Shown: positions 34,740 to 57,071 of the stretch, piece by piece
Layout of the letters: each line of letters starts with the position of its first letter
Numbering within the stretch: position 1 is the stretch's first letter
Made by a program: the position numbers and the translations under genes
Notes under the pieces: generated by a model
Databases searched by the model: none
Seen by the model: only the letters and a program-made list of their open reading frames with translations
Told to the model about the DNA's origin: nothing
Assembly (NCBI GenBank): GCA_002269645.1
Contig: NIVC01000013.1
Location: 434,001-498,000 of the forward strand
Source of the DNA: Macrostomum lignano
Taxonomy: Eukaryota
Direction of reading: 5' to 3'
DNA: 64,000 nt

Positions 34740-35400
34740 GAACAAGCAGGCGACACCCCAGGAGAAGCGACTATCCGTCCTAGCGGACGTCCTAGACTCT
34801 CCATCCTAGCGCTGCTGTCTAGCTCAGCTGAAGGAGCTCAACGCCTGCTAGACCAGCTGACGGCGGCGGCCGCTGTGCAGTGATCAGCGGTCTAGTGCTA
34901 AGCATCATGGACGACATGGCACGGCGCAGGGCGCTTTCCTGGAGCGCATTCCGCACGGTGCGGACTGTCCTGCAGTGCCTCGCGCTGCCGGATCGGCTGA
35001 GAAGGCGGCTGTTCCAGGCAGTCATAGAAACGGTCCTCCTTTACAATACCAAAAGGTGGACACTGACCGGCCCACAAGAGCGGCAACTCGGCACCGTTTA
35101 TGCTGGACTTCCGCGAGCCGCCTTCGGTGTCTACTACTCGCCGACCGCCACCACCAACACCAACTGCTGCGCATGCGACGTTTACAGCTGGCCGGTCATG
35201 TCATCCGAGAAGAGCATTACTGCCCTGAGCCACTGCAGGACGCGCTGCTGCTCTCCCGTCAAGGACCGCGGCGGCTTGGTCAGACAAAAAGTCTGTGTTT
35301 CATTGACCTGCTTAATTCTAAGAGATGCTGAGATTTCTAACCCTCGTGGACTCGCTGTTCTGCGCAACTCTGCGCTTGCGCGCGCATTTTGACACTAGCC
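34740..35400 (+). pseudogene. Decayed non-LTR retrotransposon (RTE-like) reverse-transcriptase C-terminal fragment
   Basis: Fragments ILALLSSSAEGAQRLLDQLTAAA, RRALSWSAF..RLFQAVIETVLLYN..WTLT and RRLQLAGHVIR resemble the post-YADD and thumb regions of RTE-type RTs. The sequence is interrupted by stops and frameshifts, and no YADD motif is present. Confidence 0.78.
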
Positions 35401-35716
35401 CAGCTAGGCTTGTCTAGGGCTGCTGTAGTTTGCTTTTGTTGTTGTTGTCTCACAGAAATTGCGTGTTGTCTATGGCACAGACTTATCTTTAATCTATACT
35501 TAGTTAAGAGTATTTTTTATTGTTACAGTACCTGTACTGTTCATGTATCTACTGTATTCTATCTTCATTACCAATTTTACACAAAAATTGAGTTTTTCAT
35601 GCGAAAAAATAAAGTAAATTATTGCACATATACTTGCAGTAGAAATACGTGCAAATACATAGTTCACATATTTTAATCAGTTTGCAATTCCATTTGTAGT
35701 CAGCGCAATTTTAATA

Positions 35717-37538
35717 TCAATCTTCACCCTCGTCCTCATTGATCGGAGTCAATTTTTCGTCCTTGACTTCTCCAGCCTCCGCGCCGCCTTCCCCTTCACC
35801 GCGTGCGTCTGGGGTGCCATCGGCGCTAGTGCCATTCTCGGCGCCGTTTCCGTCGTCCGTCGATCCGGGAAGCGGCTCGGGACTTCCGTAGTTTGGCGGC
35901 TCCGGCAGCAGCTCGTATCGCTTGGCGTAGACGCTCGGAGCGAAGCCGAACGCATCGAGAGCGGTGTCGCTCTGTTCGACAGACTTGGCGGCGGCCGCCT
36001 CGCGAAGAATTTCAACAAAGTTCTGGCCGGCTCCGTAGGCATAGTGCAGCGGTAGGCGGCCAAAGCTGTCAGCGAGTCGAAGCAGGTCTGGGTGCTCGTT
36101 GGCTAGGTAACGAGCAGTGTCTTGGTTTTTGCAAAGCAGGGCAATGTGCAGCGCCGAGAGGCTCTCTCTAGTGCGAGAGAACACATCTTCAATTTGCTGC
36201 TGATCTTGCTGTTGCTTGCAGTGCTGCTCCAGATGCTCTCGAGTTCCTTTGGCGCTGAGCTTCCACAGCTCCCTGTAGCGAGCCTCCCACTTGGACACGG
36301 AGTCCACAATTAGCTTGCTGGCCTCCGGCAGACCTTTGAGCTTGGGACCGAACGACTTTTTCAGGCTTGGCAAACTGCTCCCATAGTCGTTGGCCAGCAG
36401 CCAGCGGAGGTGTTCGACTTTCTCTTCGCGCATCCAACGGATCACCAAACTGTCAAGCTCCTTGACAACGGCGTCGTTTTTAGTGGCTTGAGCTGCGTCG
36501 CGAACGTTCATTCCCTGGAATATGTTAGAGATTTTCCATTAGACACTTTTCGATCTGTTTAATTTTCAGAACTGTCAGCCCCTGTAGGCTATGCATTCGT
36601 TAGGAAAAGGGCATTTTACGTTTCTCAAACTCCACAACCCCCCAATCACAACCGACTTCCCTCTCCCAAAACTTCATTCTGATGCCGTGCAACACCCTGA
36701 AACCGACGAATGTCGGCCAAACGTCGGTGTTACAAGCACCTAAAAGTGTTCATACACCAACGACTTTGGGTAGATGTGAGAAACATCGCGGAAATAGCGG
36801 AACTATGTTTCAAAATTCTTGTTGACCGAATTTCACCTTGTTCAATGTTAATTCTGCTACTTCAGAAGTCCCAATTTGTAGAATACCTTGGGTGAAAATA
36901 GAGTTGTGAAAGCATCCACAAAAAGCGCACCAGCTCAATCCAGCATTCATCGACGCCCTCACCTGTGCGTCGCGAGCGCAGAAGTTGTGCCCATCGTGCA
37001 GCATTCGCAGCAGAGTCTCGACATCGCAGCTGGATCGCACCGCCGCGTGCAACGGCGTCGCGCCGGTTTTGTTTCGCGTCTCGCCTCGCTTCGACGGCAG
37101 AGCGAGCGTCTCAACCGGTACAGACTGGCGCAGCTGCTCCAGCTCCTCGCGACGACGCTGCTCTTCGCGCTCACGTTGCAGCCGTTGCTCCTCGGCTATG
37201 GCCCGTTGTCGCGCCTCCTCCTGCAGCTGGCCAATGCGCGCCTGGCGAATCTCTTCAATCTCTTCGTCGCGTTCTCGACAATAATCGACGGTTCGACGAT
37301 AGTTCATCAGACGCTGGGCCACGAACTCGATCGGATCGTCCGGACGGCAGGCGGCCGCTTCGGATAATGCGAGGGCGAGCGCGCTGCCAACAGTTTCACG
37401 AGCGTAGACTGAGTCCGGATGCTGCTGCTCGTCAATGACGAAGGATTTGGGCTTAGGAGCTCGGAGGAACATGTTGTGCACGTCGGAGTTGGCCGGCGTC
37501 ACCTGGCTAGGATCGATTTCGATTTCTGAGCTGGCCAT
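35717..37538 (-). CDS. DPY30/DYDC-like dimerisation-motif protein with a coiled coil and ankyrin repeats; exons 36963-37538 and 35717-36514
   Basis: YARETVGSALALALSEAAACRPDDPIEFVAQRL is a Dpy-30/RIIa-like motif. Ankyrin motifs are GATPLHAAV, SALHIALL and GRLPLHYA. The phase-0 GT-AG intron 36515-36962 joins ARDAQ|GMNVRDAA. Confidence 0.85.
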
Positions 37539-38067
37539 TTTGTGTTGTCGGATGGAGCCAAATGAAGCAGAGAGAATTGTTCTGTTATGCCTTTAGCTAT
37601 AGAGTCTAGATTGAAATGTAAAGAGCTAAATAACTGCTTGGGGGCTAGAGCTGATTGCTGCCTTAGCTACCACTCCCTAGCAACAGCGTAGGGTAGAGAG
37701 TTAGGGGATGAGGGGCTATGCCATGGGGAAGGCAATAAATGTACACCGGCAAGAGTGAGCCGGGTGTACAGCAAGTACAGCCCGAGTTTGGGGCTTGGAA
37801 GTGAAGGCATTGAGGATAGGGAGAAATAATGCAGGTGTTGGGGACAGCCGCACGCTTTTGGAAAGAAAATTCTACCAGCAGCAGTATGAAAAAACACCTG
37901 GTAAGGGATTTGAGTACGAGATTAAGAATTTTGCGTAGCAACCAGGTCAGCTTCATCTCCTCTGTGTAATGCTGGGCCGTTTACATGCTATGCAATAAAC
38001 TGGATAGAGGCTTTGGATTCAATGATTTCACTTCAATCAGGATCCCTTTGTCCGCTTAAATCCCTAT

Positions 38068-38670
38068 GCGCCCCGACACCCATAGTGACATCTCGACACC
38101 CATAGTGGCATCTCGACACCCATAGTGGCATCTCGACACCCATAGTGGCATCTCGACACCCATAGTGGCATCTCGACACCCATAGTGACATCTCGACCAC
38201 CATAGTGACACCCCGACACCCATAGTGGCATCTCGACCCCCATAGTGACATCTCGACCCCCATAGTGGCATCTGGACCCCCATAGTGACATCTCGACCAC
38301 CATAGTGACACCCCGACACCCATAGTGGCATCTCGACCCCCATAGTGGCATCTCGACACCCATAGTGACATCTCGACACCCATAGTGGCGCCCCGACACC
38401 CATAGTGGCGCCCAGACAACCGTGTGGCGCCCAGACACCCATATTGGCGCCCAGACACCCATATTGGCGCCCAGACACCCATATTGGCGCCCAGACACCC
38501 ATATTGGCGCCCAGACACCCATATTGGCGCCCAGACACCCATATTGGCGCCCAGACACCCATATTGGCGCCCAGACACCCATATTGGCGCCCAGACACCC
38601 ATTAGTGGCGCCCAGACACCCCTAGTGGTGTCCCGACATCCATAGTGACGCTCAGACAACCGTGTGGCGC
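38068..38670. repeat. 20-bp minisatellite, about 29 copies, switching from CATAGTGGCATCTCGACACC to CATATTGGCGCCCAGACACC
   Basis: Direct reading. Confidence 0.94.
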
Positions 38671-39559
38671 TGACTTATCCGAAGATCCAAGAAGTGGAAC
38701 TTTATTTTGCCAGAAAGCACATATGTAGAGTCATACATGTAGAGTCACGCATGAAGTTCTAATACAGCAGTTCATGCGGTAAAAACAACACTGTTATCAG
38801 CCGCAGAATGACGTAGTCAACATACCCGGTAGTTGCACAAGTTTGGCGCAATCACACGGCACAAATGCGTGTGTTCTAAAAATATCTTGAAATGCAAATA
38901 CTTGAATGTACAAGCTGAGTGCTAGTTGATGATCAGAGGTGCAAATCTCAAGGCAAAATACGCACCAAACTTGCTTTTGAACGCGTGCCGGCCGGCCGTC
39001 CCAATGCTGTAAATTTTTAACGGTCAAACGAGTTCAAACAGGCCGAAGATAAGATTTACTTATTATTCAAGTAGCCGGATAGGCTTCTGGAATTGGACAG
39101 CAATAATCTATAATTGATAACAAATATAGGCTTAATAATTTAAATCAGTCATGACTCAAGTTGATTCACTCAGAGCAGCACTAACAGAAGGTACTAAAGA
39201 TAAAGAAGTTTACATGTAAGCTATAGTAAAGCGATATTGACTGCACCACGTCGTGCGCCTCTTTCAATATCAAACTGCGTGACCTGCAACCCCCGTAGTC
39301 TGTATTTTTCTAAATTTGGCTCCAATCATTCCATTGGCTCTACCAGCATCCGCCATTGATCCCCCACTGCAGTATAGCCTACTCGGCCAACGAAAACATG
39401 TGTAGGAAGCATGAAACAATCGCTAAAAATATACCAAAAGTTGTTTAGTCGAAATCGAATCACGATATAAAATTTCTCGATTGTATAAATATACGCTGCC
39501 ATGTATCGACAGAGCTTGAAGGAGAATTGCTATGAGATCATTCAACCGCTCCACTTGAG

Positions 39560-40243
39560 ATGATTACGAAGAACTCAGACAACAAAGGCAGGTTCGGCTT
39601 GCTTCGACAAATATTTGACTCTTGTCAGAGACAGCAGCAGCGTCGGTGCCAGCATCCTCCGCCGCTGCCCAGCTACGAGCAGGTTGCTCTAGAAGTCCGA
39701 CTCAATCTGCCACAGGGCAGTCTGGCTGATCGGAAATATCGAGTGTGCTACCTGTGCTCAACCGACGCCTCTAATTCCTACTCGCCGCCGTCTACTTGCA
39801 AGATCATGGACAGTAGTCGGTTGAGGGTAAATCAGCAGACACTGCTGCACAGTCTGGATGACATAGCTGCCTACCTGCTGGAGGAGCTCACGGATTTGCG
39901 CTACGGCCCTGTCGATGCAGCACTGCCTATAGTGAAGAAGTTTCTGGTAAACCGAGGCAAAGTCTTGCTGGTAATGAACACGTCAGCAACGACACCGGAG
40001 CTTCCGCGAAGGTTGACCAGCCTGCTGTCAGAAGCATCAGGCTGCCCTTTGCTAGCCCGGCAGATCGGCAGAGTGCAACAGGAGCTTCTGGCACTTCAGC
40101 GTGGCATCGACGGTGATTTTCATTTGCAGCAGCATCGACTACTACGACGACACGCGCTGGTTCGAGTCGACTTGGACAAGTTGAGCAGTCTGCTATTGAA
40201 AAAGCGAGTCGCAAAAATTGAGTTGAGATCTGAGCGGGTTTGA
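39560..40243 (+). CDS. Hypothetical single-exon protein (227 aa), no recognised family
   Basis: A non-repetitive, GC-enriched 684-bp ORF inside AT-rich DNA with protein-like composition. No motif was recognised. Confidence 0.45.
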   Translation: MITKNSDNKGRFGLLRQIFDSCQRQQQRRCQHPPPLPSYEQVALEVRLNLPQGSLADRKYRVCYLCSTDASNSYSPPSTCKIMDSSRLRVNQQTLLHSLDDIAAYLLEELTDLRYGPVDAALPIVKKFLVNRGKVLLVMNTSATTPELPRRLTSLLSEASGCPLLARQIGRVQQELLALQRGIDGDFHLQQHRLLRRHALVRVDLDKLSSLLLKKRVAKIELRSERV

Positions 40244-41439
40244 AGCTAATTCGATCATGTATGTAAATTTCAATCCATTGTCAACCATTTTACGAGCTAT
40301 TTTGAAGTGTTCCACGAAAATGTACATGTATTAGCGAAACGTGCGTGGTTTCTTTGAAACCTTATCTATATCAGATTTCCATCTCATAAGAAACGCACAG
40401 CAATATCTAATATTTCCCTGCTGCCACCTGTACATAACAGCATGTAGCCACCCCAGTTTGTTTAAATTTCTCATCTTTCATTCTGTGTTCTGTTGCCCTG
40501 TATATATGTGCTTTTATACATTTTTGAACACTTTAATTTGTAAATATTTCGATTGTTTTTAATAAAATTAATCTGGAGTGCTCGAGCTATGTTATTTTCT
40601 AAGTCGAAAAAAAAGATTTATTTCTTTCATATCTCCAGGCCTCTCTCAGAGTGCAGAAATCAGAGCTCGCATTGCGATCGATCAAAGAAAATGAATCTGG
40701 CATGTAAAACCTGCATCATTGCATCGTCAGCTTTGCCTTTTAAATTAAACTCGCAAGAACAATTTAATTACTGGTAATTTCACTCAATCCCAATCAAGCA
40801 AAAGAAAAACATGCATAGCTATGTTACGTGCAGATTGATCTCCCAGATTATCTAACATAATTCCCCTTACTACGGACCTGTACAGACTTTGAAAATTAGA
40901 AGAAAGATATATACAAAATGAAAACTAAAAAAGGTAGCAAAAACTTATTAAGCAGCGAGAAAATAAAATTTAGTTCTAGCTCGTAGTACTGACAGTAGTA
41001 TATATACGCGATGATGATGTACGATGAGAGAGAAGTGATTACATGGACATCATGTAGTCCATCCACATTTATTAGTGTCATATCACATGACATGTACAGT
41101 GGTATACATGTACATACACATGTGTGCATGCAGAGAGATGAATAAATTTCTAAAGCTGAAAAATGAAAATGGAACCCAAAATCACTATAGAAATTCTGCG
41201 GCGAAGTAAAACCCACAGTTGATAAAAGGATCTGCACACAAGGATCCTATGCACTGTATAACGTATATACAATGGTCCTTGTCCGCACATTTACGAGCTA
41301 CATGCAATATATAGTACAGATTTTATACATGTATGGATTTTAAGGTGGGGAGGGACGAAGCCAAGAATTCAACATGTACATGTACATAACTAAATTCCTA
41401 CAATTCCATTATTTTGAGAATTGTGTTTGATTGCATTGT

Positions 41440-41508
41440 CTGCAGCGCTCTTTTGGCGCCGCGCATGCGGGTACCCAGTTCAGCGCCGCATGCACTCTAG
41501 CGCTGCAG
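41440..41508. other. GC-rich imperfect hairpin in AT-rich intergenic DNA
   Basis: CTGCAGCGCT (41440-41449) pairs with AGCGCTGCAG (41499-41508); GCATGCGG (41463-41470) pairs with CCGCATGC (41486-41493). Confidence 0.6.
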
Positions 41509-42935
41509 GCCGCACTCATTTTGGCACTAAAGGCGCTATATTTTAATTGGCGCCCTGAAGAAAAATTATTGATTACCACAACGAGTCACAAGGTGGGGTG
41601 GGGGAACAAAAGCATTGCATGGCATTAGCCAATGATGCAGTACGCTATAACCTGTACATGCAGTATGGCGATGCGAGGAAAATTATGTTTTCGAAAGCCC
41701 GCGCCGTGCATATATATATATACAGGTGAAACCACAGAACTAAAATATGATGTTAAAAAATTGAAATGAGATTTAACACCCGACCTCCTTAAAAAATCAT
41801 TTGGATTCCACGTTATTGTATTCTAGTGGTGCAGAATAGTATTGTTGCCATAATTCCCATGAAGGCGGTTAGATTTTGACGATTTAACGTGTAGCTTAAA
41901 ATTTAAAACTGCACCTACAAAAAAGCATGCTAATTTTTATAGAAAAAGAAAATTCCTCGTTTACGAATGTGTACGAGGACACAACTTAACTTTCCGGGTT
42001 TTCTGTAAAAAATATATTTCGCGGAATACAGGTTTTAAAAAGTAAAATGATGTATTTTGTTGTGACTCACTAGGCCTATACGATGATGCTGATGTGATGA
42101 TACTGATGCACCATGCTGTTGTGTGATGGGACGGCAGTGACGTGAGTCTGACAACAATAAAACAACAGTACACTAAGCTGCGTAGCCATGACTCCAACTA
42201 TTTTTTTACCTAATTTATGTACCTTTTATGTAATCTAGACTCTACATATACTAAAGTTCACGTGTATACCTATAAAAATCAAAACTGGGTCTGTCTTTTA
42301 TCATTTATTACCTAAAGGTTTAGTCCAAAAATGGTTAAGGGTTAGGCCTATAATTCAACTGTATCTGTCACTGTCACCTAGGGGCCTATCAATGTCACGG
42401 GGTCAGGCTTGCAAGTGAAAATTTCTAATTTCTTTTTTTGTTTATTTCTGATAAATTTAAAACTACTTATTATGCTGAGGCCTAGATATAATCAGAAATA
42501 AATTAAGGATGCAGTCAAACAAATAAACAAAATAATTTACAAACTTTTTTGAAAATTTGTCATGATGTCAAAAGTTTTGTAACTTTTTAGGTCTACTACT
42601 TATCCAAATTTCAAAAGTAGGGTGGCCTAAGATAGCCTAGACCCCTATCTTTTTATTGTATTAGAAAATTGACAATGTATTAGACTTGTATTTTTTCATA
42701 GGTCTAGGCATGCCACACTTAGAGACATGACAGCCATAGCATAAGCATAGGTCTATCTATAATTCAAAATCTGGGCAATCTCTTATTGCCAAAATTTAAA
42801 GCAATAGTATATGATTAATATTATCATTTTTGACTAAAAACATAATATAGTAATATACTAATATGCATTATGCTATGTGCATTAGTAATTTAATATAGGG
42901 CCTATCAATTATTTTAGCAATAGCATACTTGATGC

Positions 42936-43417
42936 CCAGCATGGAATTCTTGCATCTGGCAAATAAAACGGAAAATTGTGACTTTATTTCTGCACGCAAT
43001 TCTATATTGAACGAAACACAATTTTTACAATCTTAAACAAAATTTAGTGGCGCAATTTTTAGCATTACTAATTGTCAAAATAATGTTTTGCAATAGTCTC
43101 ATACTCTCATTTTTTACGACTTGTTACAATAAATATTAGACTGATTACCTTTGTTTTTTTTAAATAGAAAATTTTAAATTTGAACAGTTCATAAATAACA
43201 AACTATAAAATGTTACGTTTTTTGATAGTAATTCTACATTTAATACAGTAAAGCCAGTAATTTAAACTGTGAAAACAGTCGCAAAATAATTCACAATTTT
43301 TGTCACATTTTTTGCAGCCTGTACAGGTGTGCAATTTTTTTGCGTTGCGCAATTTTTTGCAATTTTTTCCCAAACGTAAAAATGCGTTGCAATTTTCGTG
43401 CAAGAATTCCATCCTGG
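42936..43417. mobile_element. AT-rich MITE (482 bp) with 19-bp TIRs and an 8-bp TSD
   Basis: TIR CCAGCATGGAATTCTTGCA versus TGCAAGAATTCCATCCTGG (one mismatch). TSD CTTGATGC at 42928-42935 and 43418-43425. Confidence 0.85.
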
Positions 43418-44971
43418 CTTGATGCAACTAGAGACATTGGCATACTGTCAATAGATAATAGAGGTGTTCTAAAAGTATATTTTCTGTCAAAATTGAAAAC
43501 AAAATTTAGTATGAGCAATGCTCACTTTTTCACTTTTGATTTACTGCTAATGCAAAACAAAATATGTGTACATATATAGGATAAATTTGTAAATTTTTTA
43601 GCCTCTAGATATGTAGAGTTCTCATTGCTATTTCACTTTTTTGCTGCAAAAACTATAAAATCTAGTTACTCCTTGCTACTGGGTATGTGTGTATATGTAA
43701 TATAGACTAGTATATAGTAGTCGCAACTATATAAAAGTATAATTCCAATAATGCTACCAAGACTTAGGCAGAAGAGCTATGGAACAATATGTATACAAGT
43801 GTATTATACAGTTTATATAAAGTATAATGCAAGCAAAAGGACTATGTTAAGAAGATTGGACATGTAACCCTCATTAAATATACTCTTCTCTATGCATGGC
43901 ACCTTTTCTTGCTCTCTTGCATCTTCTACATAAACATGCAGTATCACTTAATGTAAGCTAGTAGGTTAATATACATGTACATTATATCACTGAATACCAA
44001 TAATTGCAATCATATAAACTATACATGTTTATGTATATGTATCTGTACTGCAATATGTAGAAAATATGCAACATATCAGCAAATGCTTTTACAGTTAAGT
44101 TCTGCAAAATTTACAAAACTTATAGTTCCACAAACATGCTAAATATATGAAACAGTTTTAACAACTCCAAATACTTTTTAAAAATTATAAAAATATCACT
44201 GATTCAACACAGTAACAAAGTTCCAAGAATATTGAAATTAGATAGAAAATTTTGGAACTAGACTTGGAAAGTAGTAAGAAAAAGAAACTGAAAATCTACA
44301 TAGGTTTAATGAAGCAACAAGTTTTACATTAGCAATGTGCATCTTCAGGTTTATTTGAATAGCAAATGGGTTGCAAGTAAATAAGTATGTATAATTTTAA
44401 TCATTAAGGTCACACCCCAATAGCAAAAGAAATGAGCAGCAGGTATGGAAATGTCTATGGCACAAAGCAGTGCAAGAGGTTGGAAAGCAACCCCCAGAAA
44501 ATGATAAGATTTGTTGGCTAATTTTATACAAAGTGATTGGCAAAGAACGTTAGAAATAAACAGGCAAGCAAACAAGATAAAATGAGTAAAAAAGGTTAAA
44601 AAATTTATGAGCTACTAAGCCAACGCTAGCAATGTGGTACAGGAAGCAGCACACAGGTAAATAAGTGAGTAAGCAACCCCCACCCCACTGCGCACAAAGG
44701 TTTTATATGTAATTTCTCATTTATGTATAGTTTTGTATTTATTGGGATTCTAGCGATTTCAAGACTTTACTAATTGTTACTGTTAAGCAAAAATTTTTAA
44801 ACATGCAGTCTATGAAGTCTGACAGAGGCTCAGCAATATAATGGGTAGGGTGGTTTGTATATCATGCTTTATCATTTTAATCCACAAGCAAACATACTAT
44901 AGAAAACATTGCAAACAACGCATTAAGTTGCTGACTCATTGTTAATCTTTATCCCACTGTTTGTCCAACAG

Positions 44972-55245
<10,274 letters not shown>

Positions 55246-55350
55246 GACGGTAAAACTAAATAATATTTGTTAGAATGGCTTGTTTATTGAATAATCTAGG
55301 TTATGTCATGTGCTCGTAATTGATGGTATTAATTTAACGTATTACCAAGC

Positions 55351-55356
55351 AATAAA
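55351..55356 (+). terminator. Candidate TACC polyadenylation signal AATAAA
   Basis: Lies 106 nt after the stop codon, followed by GT/T-rich sequence. Confidence 0.45.
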
Positions 55357-57071
55357 AATCTGTCTGTATGTTTCGCATGACATCGAATGTTTTTGATTGG
55401 TTTCGCCTAGTTGATTGCGTTTAAAAACTATTAAAATAAAACTTGCTTTGCTCGGCCTTAATAGGTGCTTAAATTTATTTCATTAAAGTTAATTTTTTAC
55501 TATATATATCCCTTCGGTGCATACTTTGCTTTCAGTATGCGATTAAAACAATTATTATTAATCATCATATTGAAGCTGGTGTTGTCTTCAAATTTGAATA
55601 TTCTTTGCTTCATCAACTGATTTTTTATTTTAAGGGATTATAATTCAAAATTAATTTTTATAGTCTTCCATCCTGCTATAAACTGCTTTAGTAATTTATT
55701 TATTAAACAATTTAACAAAAATCAGTTCATTCAGTATTCATGTCCAATGCTATTTTTTATTATATAGGCTAGCTACACTTCAAACTGTATTTTCAATTTG
55801 TAATTCTCTATTTGTTTATATTATTCTTCTACACATGGTTTTTTATCCCCTCATTCACGTAACGTGTCTCTTAACAGCTGGTGTTTTTGCATTGCTGCTC
55901 AATCGCGTTTCAATATACATGTGCGTGATGTACTACTCACTCGTAGGCCTAACTGGGCCTGTTCGAAAACAACTGACCGATGTTTATAATGAAACACTAT
56001 TTTTGTTGATAAATGCAAATTTGTCTGCTAAGAGTTCTTTCTCTTTGGTTTCATTTTTAGTGTCCGTCTGTCCGCTTTCGTTTGCTTTTTTGATGTGCGA
56101 GCGTCATTTGACCCCCCCCCCCTACACACGCACGTGTGCTTGTTGCTCCATTGTAAAGCTATCTTGCTTGATTTTGGCTTGCAGTTGTTTTATTGTAGAC
56201 TGGTTGCACAATTCTGCAGTTAGTTTTACCATTATTATTGTAAAATTATTTTTTCTTTGAAAAAAGCAATTGATATGCGATATAAAAAAGTTAATACTTG
56301 AAATTCAAATGGCAGTTGCTTTCACTTCACTCGGGTCGCATGCGACTAAATGCTAAACGAAATAATTTGTTATATCATATGATTTTCGTTTTTTACAGCT
56401 ATAGAATCACTTAAGATAGAACTAAAGCAGGATATTATTTTTGCTTCGAAAAATCAAACATTTACACTGTCCTGTGATGGGGCACGTAGATGTACGAGTT
56501 ACTTTGTATTACACGAAATGCATGTCAAGTCTTAAGTACAAACCATGCAGTACCCACCCGGTGCTTTGGCCAGTTGGTGATTAGCGAGGCTACGCTCGTA
56601 CCTTAGTAATATTAGCTTTAAAAAGTTGCTGATCAGATTGCTTACAGTAGCCACTTTTGAAATTATAGCTCCATGTATAAAAATTTGAAACTCTCTCGAA
56701 AATATTGAAAAAGTTAAAAACCTGCGTACCGGAACAAAGACGGTAAAACAAATTCACTACAATTTAAGCTTTCTTATTTAAGGAATAGCGGTAAAAATGT
56801 TAATTTAATAAACTTAAATCTTTTAGTACACAAAAATATAGGATATAGGCAATAAACTTAAAGGATTTCGTGCACGACAACATAATTTAACTTGCAAGGT
56901 CAATACCATTTTTTATAAATAAAGACGACTTCATATTCTGATAAATCATAATCACTTGTTTGCCTGTGAGTGCGACTCATGACTGTAGTGTAGGAACTGG
57001 TGAGGAATAAAACCGACTAAAGCACATAATTTTATTTTAGCGTGAACACAGTACAAGGCAGCTAGATAAAT

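Noticed and set aside
44620-44665. Possible upstream TACC first exon MWYRKQHT ending CAG|GTAAAT
   Set aside because: It ends in phase 1, whereas both acceptors at 44971 and 44977 require phase 2. The true TACC start remains unresolved.
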